DNA of 64,000 nt. It comes from a virus. The first letter of the stretch is position 1. Each line of letters opens with the position of its first letter. Below, in pieces: positions 1 to 7,682 of the stretch. The position numbers were made by a program, and so were the translations under genes. Under the pieces are notes generated by a model. It had not been told where the DNA came from. It did no database searches and saw only the letters and a list, made by a program, of their open reading frames with translations. Location: IMG/VR virus record IMGVR_UViG_3300022744_000001, positions 2,022 to 66,021 of that record, one strand, 5' to 3'.

Positions 1-258
1 GCTCTCCACCCAGACGTCTCCGTAGCCGCATTCGAAGAAATCGTAGCCGTGCTTGACAGGGTCAGTGAGCCCTGACGACCGAACGGCCGCTTGGAAGCGC
101 CCGCCGTCCGGACTGCACCCGCCCGACTTCGCGATTATGAAATGCATTACCAGGGCAATGCACCAGCCCCAGAACGTAGCGGATGATTCGCTTGACATAG
201 GCCAGGTGGTACACCGGATCTGCTTGATTCCTTCACTAGCTCAGGCTCTAATCGAGCT

Positions 259-504
259 ATGGCTAGGCTGAAATTCTACTACTGTGAATGTGGGTGCAAG
301 GGCGCCCAGGCTTCCGCGGGCCCTCTGCACTACTGGATCTACAACGACCTTCGCGGGACGTTTACGCTCCGCCAGGGGCATGGGCACTTGGGCACCAAGC
401 TCGGGGAGTTCAAATCCCACGAGAGCGCTACATGGGCGGCCAACGACCACGCCAAGGTCGAAGCCGAGAAGATCGTGGAGCAGCTCCAACCCCTCCTCAG
501 CTGA
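259..504 (+). CDS. small Cys-rich hypothetical protein (81 aa)
   Basis: Six-frame ORF carrying a CxCxC motif and ordinary amino-acid composition. It lies just upstream of the tRNA cluster. Confidence 0.3.
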   Translation: MARLKFYYCECGCKGAQASAGPLHYWIYNDLRGTFTLRQGHGHLGTKLGEFKSHESATWAANDHAKVEAEKIVEQLQPLLS

Positions 505-506
505 AA

Positions 507-583
507 TGGCACCCGCGTAGGGATTCGAACCCCAAACCTCATGGTCCGTAGCCATGTGCTCTATCCAGTTGAGCTACGCGGGC
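507..583 (-). tRNA. tRNA-Arg (anticodon ACG), CCA encoded
   Basis: Hand-folded reverse complement GCCCGCGTAGCTCAACTGGATAGAGCACATGGCTACGGACCATGAGGTTTGGGGTTCGAATCCCTACGCGGGTGCCA. It has a 7-bp acceptor stem, a GCTC/GAGC D-stem, an anticodon loop CTACGGA and a TTCGAAT T-loop. Confidence 0.8.
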
Positions 584-589
584 AGAAAA

Positions 590-666
590 TGGCGTCCGCA
601 GGAAGATTCGAACTTCCAACCTTTGGCTTCGTAGGCCACTGCGCTATCCGATTGCGCCATGCGGAC
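590..666 (-). tRNA. tRNA, Arg-like (anticodon loop CTACGAA, ACG), CCA encoded
   Basis: The reverse complement GTCCGCATGGCGCAATCGGATAGCGCAGTGGCCTACGAAGCCAAAGGTTGGAAGTTCGAATCTTCCTGCGGACGCCA folds as a cloverleaf. The anticodon stem has one mismatch. Confidence 0.7.
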
Positions 667-668
667 AT

Positions 669-744
669 TGGTGGAGAAGAAGGGACTCGAACCCTCAGCC
701 TGTCGCGTGCAAGGCGACTGCTCTTCCAATTGAGCTACTTCCCC
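669..744 (-). tRNA. tRNA-Ala (UGC) with G3:U70 identity pair, CCA encoded
   Basis: Reverse complement GGGGAAGTAGCTCAATTGGAAGAGCAGTCGCCTTGCACGCGACAGGCTGAGGGTTCGAGTCCCTTCTTCTCCACCA. The anticodon loop is CTTGCAC, and a G3.U70 wobble sits in the acceptor stem. Confidence 0.8.
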
Positions 745-749
745 AAACT

Positions 750-824
750 TGGCACCCCAGACGGGTTTCGATCCCGCTTGTCCTGCATGAAAGGCAGGCA
801 TCCTAGCCACTAGATGACTGGGGC
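750..824 (-). tRNA. tRNA-Glu (UUC), CCA encoded
   Basis: Reverse complement GCCCCAGTCATCTAGTGGCTAGGATGCCTGCCTTTCATGCAGGACAAGCGGGATCGAAACCCGTCTGGGGTGCCA. The anticodon loop is CTTTCAT. Confidence 0.75.
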
Positions 825-830
825 ATAAAT

Positions 831-907
831 TGGCGTCCCTCCGGGGATTTGAACCCGCGATTTGCAACTTGAGAGGCTGCTGTCCTTGCCAACTAGACGA
901 GAGGGAC
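831..907 (-). tRNA. tRNA, Glu-like (CUC); T-stem only 3 bp by hand fold
   Basis: Reverse complement GTCCCTCTCGTCTAGTTGGCAAGGACAGCAGCCTCTCAAGTTGCAAATCGCGGGTTCAAATCCCCGGAGGGACGCCA. The acceptor and anticodon arms are good, the anticodon loop is CTCTCAA, and the T-arm is weak. Confidence 0.6.
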
Positions 908-931
908 AAAATCTGGTGTAACTTCCGGGGC

Positions 932-1261
932 ATGCCTCGCAAGACGCAACCCCCGACCGACCTTGAACGAGCGTTCAAAGCCCAGGTGAAAAACACGCTG
1001 AACGCCCTCATTTTGGGGCGAAACATCAGCCGAAATCAACTCGCCAAACGCATGGGAATCTCGATGTCCCGTCTCACCGAGATGCTGGACATACCCTCGC
1101 TGGGCAACATCTCCCGCATCTGCGAAACTCTGAACGTCGAGCCCCAGATCCGACTCAAGGCCGCGAGCCGCAATCGCCCCCCGCCGAAGCTCGAGGAGGG
1201 GGCCCTCAAAGGACGACCCAAGAATGCGCCACCAGAGGCTGAGGATGAATGTCTCGATTGA
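932..1261 (+). CDS. helix-turn-helix DNA-binding protein (XRE-like)
   Basis: Internal ATG of ORF 830..1261 chosen so the CDS does not overlap the tRNA. The segment ISRNQLAKRMGISMSRLTEML is a typical HTH. Confidence 0.45.
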   Translation: MPRKTQPPTDLERAFKAQVKNTLNALILGRNISRNQLAKRMGISMSRLTEMLDIPSLGNISRICETLNVEPQIRLKAASRNRPPPKLEEGALKGRPKNAPPEAEDECLD

Positions 1262-1536
1262 GAGGTACCTAGCCGGGTTCGAGCAAACCATCGAACGGCT
1301 CCCCGGCATCCTCGACCGCTGGGAGAGCATCGAAGACATGCTCTGCGGCGAGTACATCGACCAGCTCGAATGGATGCTCGACGTCCGGGAAGACGTCCTC
1401 AACCTCGCCGTGGAGCAAGGCCAGGGCACCCCGGTTCGTGCCCGCATGGACCGAATCAACGCCGGTCTAGGGCGCCTCAGCATCCGGATCAAAGAGGTCA
1501 TGGGCGTCGATGTTCTCGAGACCCTGACTCCAGAGT

Positions 1537-1611
1537 TGGAGCCCGCAGTGGGAATCGAACCCACAGCCTCCTGTTTACGAAACAGGTGCTCAACCGTTGA
1601 GCTATACGGGC
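1537..1611 (-). tRNA. tRNA-Thr (CGU), CCA encoded
   Basis: Reverse complement GCCCGTATAGCTCAACGGTTGAGCACCTGTTTCGTAAACAGGAGGCTGTGGGTTCGATTCCCACTGCGGGCTCCA. The anticodon loop is TTCGTAA. Confidence 0.8.
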
Positions 1612-1645
1612 GAAAGTAACAGGGGCACTCGTACCCCTGTTGAAA

Positions 1646-2623
1646 TCAGAAGTTGTCCGAAACGACAACCCAGAAGTCGCTGGCCAACTGGGTGTTCTTC
1701 GCGTAGGCGTAGCTCATCCAGAAGTACCCAGCGAGGCCCCAGTTGACGCCCCACGAGTTGCGAACGAGGAATGCACCCGTGGTGCCGTCGGGCATCTTCT
1801 TGGCGTCGTCGTAACCGACGAGCGCGACAGCATGACCGCCCTGCAAGTGTTCCGTGGGACCCGGCAAGCCAAGAAGCGCTTTCTTGGCCATGTCTGCGGT
1901 CATGAAATAATCGTAAACTTGGAACCCAAATCCAACGAGATACCCCATCGCCAACGTGGACTTCATCGTGGCGATGTCCCCGTCCGCGATCGAGTGGTAG
2001 CTCGTGATCAGCTTCGTAGCTGCCTTGGCCCAGAGGTCCGGGGTTGGGTTGACCGTGAACTTCTGGATGTTGTAAGGCCAGCTGGCCTCGTCCAAAATCC
2101 CGTACTTGACTCCGGTCTTGATGGCATCACGAATCGTGGCGCCCGAGTCTTCGTTGACGGTACCTTCGATCTTACGGGTCGCGTAATACTCAAAGAGCCG
2201 CGACACCTGGGTGAACTTCGGGGCGGGAGTCGGGGCCGGGGTCGGCGTGGGAGCCGGAGCCGGGTTGGACACCGCCACGTTGGTCGTGAACGTGACCGAA
2301 CCGTCCGCATTGACCACGACGTTCGAGGTGGTCACCTTGGCGGTAGCCGCGGTAGCTGCCAGCTTCTTCGAAGTCGCCCCGCGGAGGTCGCTGCTCTCGA
2401 TGAGGGCCGCGAACATATTCGCAGTGCAGCTCCCGAGTTCACCTTGGTCCTCGATAGGGCTGCAAATGGGTCGATTGTCGTAAGAGGGTGGGGTAGCAAA
2501 GAAGTTGCCGGACTTGAGACGGTATCCCTCGTCTCGAGCGTCAACAAGCTGCTTCTTCCAACCACCAACATGAACCCTACGAGGGGTCCCGTCCGCATGA
2601 TGTGCAGTCTTGATCATGCACAT
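1646..2623 (-). CDS. papain-like (C1 family) cysteine peptidase with Pro/Thr-rich linker
   Basis: Catalytic motifs are present: QGELGSCTANMF (Gln and Cys), GGHAVALVGYD (His) and NSWGVNWGLAGYFWMSY (Asn-Ser-Trp). An internal PAPAPTPTPAPTPAP linker is inserted. Confidence 0.75.
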   Translation of the reverse strand: MCMIKTAHHADGTPRRVHVGGWKKQLVDARDEGYRLKSGNFFATPPSYDNRPICSPIEDQGELGSCTANMFAALIESSDLRGATSKKLAATAATAKVTTSNVVVNADGSVTFTTNVAVSNPAPAPTPTPAPTPAPKFTQVSRLFEYYATRKIEGTVNEDSGATIRDAIKTGVKYGILDEASWPYNIQKFTVNPTPDLWAKAATKLITSYHSIADGDIATMKSTLAMGYLVGFGFQVYDYFMTADMAKKALLGLPGPTEHLQGGHAVALVGYDDAKKMPDGTTGAFLVRNSWGVNWGLAGYFWMSYAYAKNTQLASDFWVVVSDNF

Positions 2624-2679
2624 ACGCGTGAATAAGAGGGTTAGTTAGCCCGTAAAACTAGCACTTTTGCTAGTCAAAA

Positions 2680-2754
2680 TGGCTCCGAGGGTAGGGGTCG
2701 AACCTACGACCATCCGGTTAACAGCCGGACGCTCTGCCACTGAGCTACCTCGGA
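2680..2754 (-). tRNA. tRNA-Asn (GUU), CCA encoded
   Basis: Reverse complement TCCGAGGTAGCTCAGTGGCAGAGCGTCCGGCTGTTAACCGGATGGTCGTAGGTTCGACCCCTACCCTCGGAGCCA. The anticodon loop is CTGTTAA. Confidence 0.8.
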
Positions 2755-2787
2755 ATAGACTCTGTCCCGCAGGACAGGCCGTAAAAA

Positions 2788-3429
2788 CTACCGTGGTTTT
2801 GCAGTGTCACCTTGGATGTAACCCTGCCGGTCAAGCTCTTCCACGGCGAAGTGGTTCTTCCACTTGATGACCAGGTGCTTCTGCCGGAACTCGTCAACGA
2901 CGATCCGATCCGAGAAAATCGTGACGACCGAGTCGTGGTAGCCGGTTCGGTCGAGAACCTCAACTTCCTGACCCTTGCGGTAGACACGAGAGGTCTGGTT
3001 TGACCACTCATACCCAGCAAGCTCGACTTCCTCTGGGCCGAGAAGCTCTTCCAGAGGCGGTTCGGAAGCCGTGACCGAGCTGGCGAACTTGTCGCTCTCT
3101 TTGGCGGAGTCCTCGACCTTCTTTTCGAAGTCGTGAGGGTCCATGGTCCGAATGTCGAACCACAACGACCGTGCGTGATTCAAGTTGTGGCCACCGGCTC
3201 GGCCGGAGCTGTACGAGACGTACACGGCCTGGGCCTTGAACCAAACCCGAATCGTCCCATCCGGAGACGTCGCGTGCGGCACCTTGAGCCCGTCAACCAC
3301 CTTCCAACGCTCCTTCTTCAAGTGCTCGAGGATTTCAGCTCGAGCTTCAAGGAAGGTCTTGCGCTTGGCGGTCTTGTCAGAGAAGGCCGCGGCGACGCGG
3401 AGGGCGATGTCGATGGGGTGGTTGGCCAT
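2788..3429 (-). CDS. hypothetical protein (213 aa)
   Basis: Clean ORF between two tRNAs with balanced composition. No motif was recognised. Confidence 0.5.
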   Translation of the reverse strand: MANHPIDIALRVAAAFSDKTAKRKTFLEARAEILEHLKKERWKVVDGLKVPHATSPDGTIRVWFKAQAVYVSYSSGRAGGHNLNHARSLWFDIRTMDPHDFEKKVEDSAKESDKFASSVTASEPPLEELLGPEEVELAGYEWSNQTSRVYRKGQEVEVLDRTGYHDSVVTIFSDRIVVDEFRQKHLVIKWKNHFAVEELDRQGYIQGDTAKPR

Positions 3430-3488
3430 GTGTTCCTCTCTCTACGGGCCGCACGAAAAGAGTAGCGCACCGAAGTGCACCCTCGAAA

Positions 3489-3573
3489 TGGCTCCAGGAG
3501 CAGGATTCGAACCTGCGATTGGGTTTCCCCGCGCGGTTAACAGCCGCGTGCACTACCACTATGCGACCCTGGA
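3489..3573 (-). tRNA. atypical 85-nt tRNA with GUU anticodon loop and a long (about 15 nt) variable arm
   Basis: Reverse complement TCCAGGGTCGCATAGTGGTAGTGCACGCGGCTGTTAACCGCGCGGGGAAACCCAATCGCAGGTTCGAATCCTGCTCCTGGAGCCA. It shows a class II shape while carrying an Asn-type anticodon. Confidence 0.6.
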
Positions 3574-3951
3574 ATAGGTGCGCGCGAAGCGCACCGAAAT
3601 AAAATGGGTGGAGGATCCGAGGCCGGGCATCAAAGCACCACGACCGAAGGTTCGAAGCTCTGGCCGCAACACGACGCCAACAGACCTCGGACCCTCCACC
3701 AAGGAAGGCCCCATAAGAGCCTTCCCTCGTTTCTCTTGCCTCAAGCTAGAGTCGTATCGCCCGTCATGTCCCAGCCGCTGGAGCCCCTCAGTATAGTCGA
3801 GGGTCGATCACGCTCTGGCGCTACACGCATGGAGGTACCATGCGCGACGATTCACGCTCTAACCTGTCAGATTTTCAAAGACTTACCCGATGATTTCCAG
3901 CAAGAAGCCCGGAGGCTCGTACCCGAGGGTACCTGTGCACATCGTGTAACT

Positions 3952-4028
3952 TGGTGGGCCTGCGGGGACTCGAACCCCGAACCGTTCGCTTAAGAGGCGA
4001 CTGCACTGACCAGTTGTGCTACAGACCC
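3952..4028 (-). tRNA. tRNA-Lys (CUU), CCA encoded
   Basis: Reverse complement GGGTCTGTAGCACAACTGGTCAGTGCAGTCGCCTCTTAAGCGAACGGTTCGGGGTTCGAGTCCCCGCAGGCCCACCA. The anticodon loop is CTCTTAA. Confidence 0.75.
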
Positions 4029-4077
4029 GAAATTCGCTAATCTACGTCTTGGTACCTGTCCGGAGACAAGTGAAACT

Positions 4078-4152
4078 TGGTGAGGCCAGAGAGACTTGAA
4101 CTCTCAACCGTCGGGTTAAAAGCCCGCTGCACTACCATTGTGCTATGACCTC
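4078..4152 (-). tRNA. tRNA-Lys (UUU), CCA encoded
   Basis: Reverse complement GAGGTCATAGCACAATGGTAGTGCAGCGGGCTTTTAACCCGACGGTTGAGAGTTCAAGTCTCTCTGGCCTCACCA. The anticodon loop is CTTTTAA. Confidence 0.75.
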
Positions 4153-4154
4153 AT

Positions 4155-4242
4155 TGGTGGAGGATGATGGAGTCGAACCACTCAGCCTTAATGACGCCTC
4201 GTTTACAGCGAGACCTGCCTCCCGGGGCACACGTCACCCTCC
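4155..4242 (-). tRNA. tRNA-Tyr (GUA), class II with long variable arm, CCA encoded
   Basis: Reverse complement GGAGGGTGACGTGTGCCCCGGGAGGCAGGTCTCGCTGTAAACGAGGCGTCATTAAGGCTGAGTGGTTCGACTCCATCATCCTCCACCA. The anticodon loop is CTGTAAA. Confidence 0.7.
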
Positions 4243-4949
4243 TCAGATTTGAGAAGAGCTGAGCTTCGATAGCGATCCAACACTCCGTTTTGTGGCTTGC
4301 TCAGCATGGTTGACCCCAGGAAACGTTGAAAAAGATGCAGAAATCCACTCACCCGGAGACACTCCGGGCGTACGAGCCCCAACCCCAAACCGTGGGTTAC
4401 GGTGCAGCTGGAACTAGATTTTTGAGCCTGAAACGACTGAAGCCGCCCGAGGTTTCCCAGGGCGGCTTCGAAGGTACACGGGTTTGTCCCGGTGCTTCTT
4501 ATCCGCCCCTTGTTCCCTCCTCCGGCTTGGCATGGCGATACGAGGAGGGTTGCCAGGGATTAAGGGTGCTCAGATCCGTGGCAATGGATGCGACGGCGCT
4601 TTCAAAGCGCTTCGCGGTCACAAACTGACCCTGACCCTGGCCGCCAACGACGACCATCGCCAAACACAAACCAGCGGCCGACGCCATTCTTGGCATCGTT
4701 CCTTTCTGGGCTGTGGTGGTGAGTATCGTTGACATGACCGTCTCTCGGTTATCGCCCCGGCGGGGCGTCTTGACACTACAGACCCCTCATAAAAGGGGTA
4801 TTGGGCTAGTCGAGGGCCTTCAAAGCCAATCGGCTAGACACCCTCAAGCTACACCGGCCGTTCCGGGGGCCGCAACCACTTTTTTCGTCACCCCTGTCGA
4901 ATTTTCTCCCAGCCCCCTCTAGTGGAAGTTCTTGTGAACTCGCCCTAGT

Positions 4950-5558
4950 GTGCTGCCCAAGACCGCCCAAGCATTCCTCGATGACGTCTCCAAGTCCGTG
5001 AAAGCATCACGGAAATTCGAGTGCGCCGCCTTCGGCTCCGAGTGGGATCGATTCGTCGAAACTTGGATGCCCACCCTTTACGATTTCGTGGCTCAAGCTC
5101 TCGGGCCCTACGGTCGGGAGCCCCTGCCGACCATCCTTCGCATGGAGGACGGGATGCACATGAGCGGGGCGACCGCGAGCTTTCACATGGGCACGGGGCA
5201 GATCCACATTTGCCAGTCGGTCGAGGGAAACCCCGGGCAAACGCTCGAGAAACTCACCCATGAACTCGTGCATGGGGCCCTGGCCCAGTTCCCGAGCGTG
5301 GACCCGTTTTACGACGAAGGGGCAGTCGATTATTCAACTTGGGTTCTCGCACACGCCCCCATCTACGGCAACCTGCGGGAGAGGGTCATCGCCTCAGCGA
5401 GTTTCAACATCAAGATGCGTCGTGAACGGGCAATGAGGGACTTGTCCGACTATGACCGCAAACGTTGGGCCGGAGGATTGTTCTACAACCTCTCTCACGG
5501 TCCAATGCTCCTAGCCAAACTCAGGATGAAGAAAGAGGCGGGCGACTTCACCTGGTAG
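4950..5558 (+). CDS. putative zinc metallopeptidase-like protein (HExxH)
   Basis: The motif LTHELVHGAL (HExxH) is present with a downstream conserved acidic region. The assignment is a guess at family level only. Confidence 0.5.
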   Translation: MLPKTAQAFLDDVSKSVKASRKFECAAFGSEWDRFVETWMPTLYDFVAQALGPYGREPLPTILRMEDGMHMSGATASFHMGTGQIHICQSVEGNPGQTLEKLTHELVHGALAQFPSVDPFYDEGAVDYSTWVLAHAPIYGNLRERVIASASFNIKMRRERAMRDLSDYDRKRWAGGLFYNLSHGPMLLAKLRMKKEAGDFTW

Positions 5559-5574
5559 TGGTGTCACCCACGGC

Positions 5575-5979
5575 ATGGAAACCCCATACGCCGTGATCGC
5601 CATCGTGCAAAAGGGCCCACTGCTCCTCGCTGTCTCCCGGAAAAACAACCCGGAAGACTTGGGCTTCCCAGGGGGCAAAGTCGAGCCCGGAGAAGACCCC
5701 GAAGCTGCTATCCGCCGCGAGCTGCTGGAAGAGACGGGGCTCTCCTCAAACCTCGTGCACAAGGTCTACGAGGCCCTCTCCGTGCACAGCAAGCTCCCAA
5801 CCTGGGCGTACCTCATCGTCCCCGGCCCGCCGTACAAACCTCGAGCCTTAGAGGCCGGTACCTGGGTGGGTTGGGTCAACGCCACCAGGATGCTCGACCC
5901 TCGGAACTCATTCGCACCGTACTATGAGGGCTTGTTCAAAGCCTTGGGCATCAAGTACACTGCGAGGCCCTCGAGATGA
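5575..5979 (+). CDS. NUDIX hydrolase
   Basis: The Nudix box GFPGGKVEPGEDPEAAIRRELLEETGL matches GX5EX7REUXEEXGU. Confidence 0.75.
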   Translation: METPYAVIAIVQKGPLLLAVSRKNNPEDLGFPGGKVEPGEDPEAAIRRELLEETGLSSNLVHKVYEALSVHSKLPTWAYLIVPGPPYKPRALEAGTWVGWVNATRMLDPRNSFAPYYEGLFKALGIKYTARPSR

Positions 5980-6161
5980 AACCATGGAAAAGATTCGAAA
6001 CCCCTACGCGAGCGCAATGGCCCGCCGCTATGGGAAAACCACCAAGGTCATGAAAGACCGCCGCAAAGGACGCGGAGGTTCACGGAACAAGAAGCGGGAG
6101 ATCCTCCACGAGGCAGATCAGTAATCCTGTTGTCCCCTATCTTGAACGGGAAGGTTTCACC

Positions 6162-6491
6162 ATGAACTTGATTCTACGCGTAGCCGCCGCCGAGGCCAAA
6201 GCCGCCGCCGAGGATGAGGCCACCTGGGAGGATGCCCAAGCTGTCCTCCGTGACGCGGCCAAGGACATGGGCGTGACCTACGCTGAGAAGGGTGGCAAGG
6301 TCATCTTGACGAACAAGAAGACCAAAGACTATGGCGAGGTCACCTACTCCGGCGGGAAGGTCCACTTCGAACTGTTCGAGGAGGATGAGGACAAGCCCTA
6401 CTCAAAGGGCACCGTCACCCTCCGGTCCTTCAAAGACAGGGACGACTGGAAAGAAAAGCTCGTGATGACCGTCGAAGGTATCGCGATCTGA
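6162..6491 (+). CDS. hypothetical protein (109 aa)
   Basis: Clean ORF with an N-terminal Ala/Glu-rich helical region. No motif was recognised. Confidence 0.45.
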   Translation: MNLILRVAAAEAKAAAEDEATWEDAQAVLRDAAKDMGVTYAEKGGKVILTNKKTKDYGEVTYSGGKVHFELFEEDEDKPYSKGTVTLRSFKDRDDWKEKLVMTVEGIAI

Positions 6492-6510
6492 CCCCGGTGT
6501 AGCCGTACTC

Positions 6511-6903
6511 ATGTGGTACGGAAGATACGACGACAGCGACCTGGCCCCGGCTCTCCCCAAACCGTGCGCCTGCGACAACGGGCCACCTTCCATCCCGCCC
6601 GACGTCGCCATGGCTCTCTGGGCCGGAAACGACGAACCCTCCATGACCATCTGGGCGCAACCCGATCCCTACGAAGGGCAGTGGCACACGGGACACCCAC
6701 GCGCGGAGTACCTATTCCTTCCCACGGCCTCCAAGGAGGAAAAGGAACTCGAGCAAGCCATCTTCAATGCCTTAGACGCGGGGCTCGATGCCATGTTCCT
6801 ACTGAAAGCGACCCAGGACGTCGTCCAGAAGTGGGCAAGGGCTCACGTCATAAAGGGCGAGCGCCTTGCCGACTGGGAACGTCACGTCAGCTCGGATCAG
6901 TAG
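6511..6903 (+). CDS. hypothetical protein (130 aa)
   Basis: ORF with ordinary composition. It competes with a longer Arg-rich shadow ORF in another frame. Confidence 0.4.
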   Translation: MWYGRYDDSDLAPALPKPCACDNGPPSIPPDVAMALWAGNDEPSMTIWAQPDPYEGQWHTGHPRAEYLFLPTASKEEKELEQAIFNALDAGLDAMFLLKATQDVVQKWARAHVIKGERLADWERHVSSDQ

Positions 6904-7241
6904 GGGTCTCGAGGGCAGGGGATTCCGCGCTCCACCCGATCCTTGAGGAACTCTTCGTGGGCCGCGTCCATCTCCTCTGGGGCAAGCGGAGCGCCGAACT
7001 CCCCGCCGTCCATGAGGTCGCGGATCGACATCTTTTCGATCATCATGTCCTCGACGCAGAACATGCCGTAGACCTTTTCCCCGTTCTCGACCATGTAGAC
7101 CTGAACGTAGAGATGCGGGTAGCCGTCCTTGTCGATGACAAGCTGCCAACGCCCGTCCGCAGGTCGAATGACCCCTTGAGCCTGGGGGTCTTCTTCGAAA
7201 CGACTGATCTTGATATCTTGCAGCATGGGGGACTCCTTCAC
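6897..7241 (-). CDS. hypothetical protein (114 aa)
   Basis: ORF with balanced, acidic composition, convergent with the preceding gene. Confidence 0.4.
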   Translation of the reverse strand: MKESPMLQDIKISRFEEDPQAQGVIRPADGRWQLVIDKDGYPHLYVQVYMVENGEKVYGMFCVEDMMIEKMSIRDLMDGGEFGAPLAPEEMDAAHEEFLKDRVERGIPCPRDPY

Positions 7242-7349
7242 GACCCAACACCGGGTCCGTTAGGGCCGGAGGTCATCCCCCTCACGGCTGTTCATCTACA
7301 AAGTACACCACCTGAACCGGTACCTCAACCCATTTGGTGTCAGAAAAGC

Positions 7350-7682
7350 ATGGCGTGGCTCGGCCCCCGATCGGGCATCCAGTGGTATGTGTACCTTCTC
7401 CGCTCCGAGAAGATCCCCCACCTCTACACGGGCATCACCACCGACCCTGAACGACGCCTGGCCCGCCACAACAACGGCACAGGGGCGAAGTTCACTCGCG
7501 GCCGAGGCCCGTGGTCCATCGCCTACCTCGAGCCCACCATGGACCACCGGGACGCCCTCCGCCGCGAGCGCGAAATCAAAGGCTGGAGCCGAGCCGAGAA
7601 GCTCGAGCTGATCAAGCGACCTTCCGCCGACCCTGTTTCGGCCTCTGCGCCACCGGTGCGACAACGTTCTCGAACTCGGTAA
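7350..7682 (+). CDS. GIY-YIG nuclease domain protein (UPF0213/Slx1-like small endonuclease)
   Basis: YVYLLRSEKIPHLYTGITTDPERRLARHNNGTGAKFT matches the GIY-YIG core with the conserved Arg and Asn. The internal ATG of ORF 6513..7682 was used. Confidence 0.6.
   Translation: MAWLGPRSGIQWYVYLLRSEKIPHLYTGITTDPERRLARHNNGTGAKFTRGRGPWSIAYLEPTMDHRDALRREREIKGWSRAEKLELIKRPSADPVSASAPPVRQRSRTR

Noticed and set aside
1224-1619. 131-aa plus-strand ORF running through tRNA-Thr
   Set aside because: The N-terminal two-thirds looks protein-like, but the ORF overlaps the whole minus-strand tRNA (1537-1611). It is left uncalled, and the true stop may differ.
3604-3993. 129-aa ORF between tRNAs
   Set aside because: Pro/Arg/Ser-rich, low-complexity translation, and it overlaps tRNA-Lys. 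It is probably non-coding spacer.
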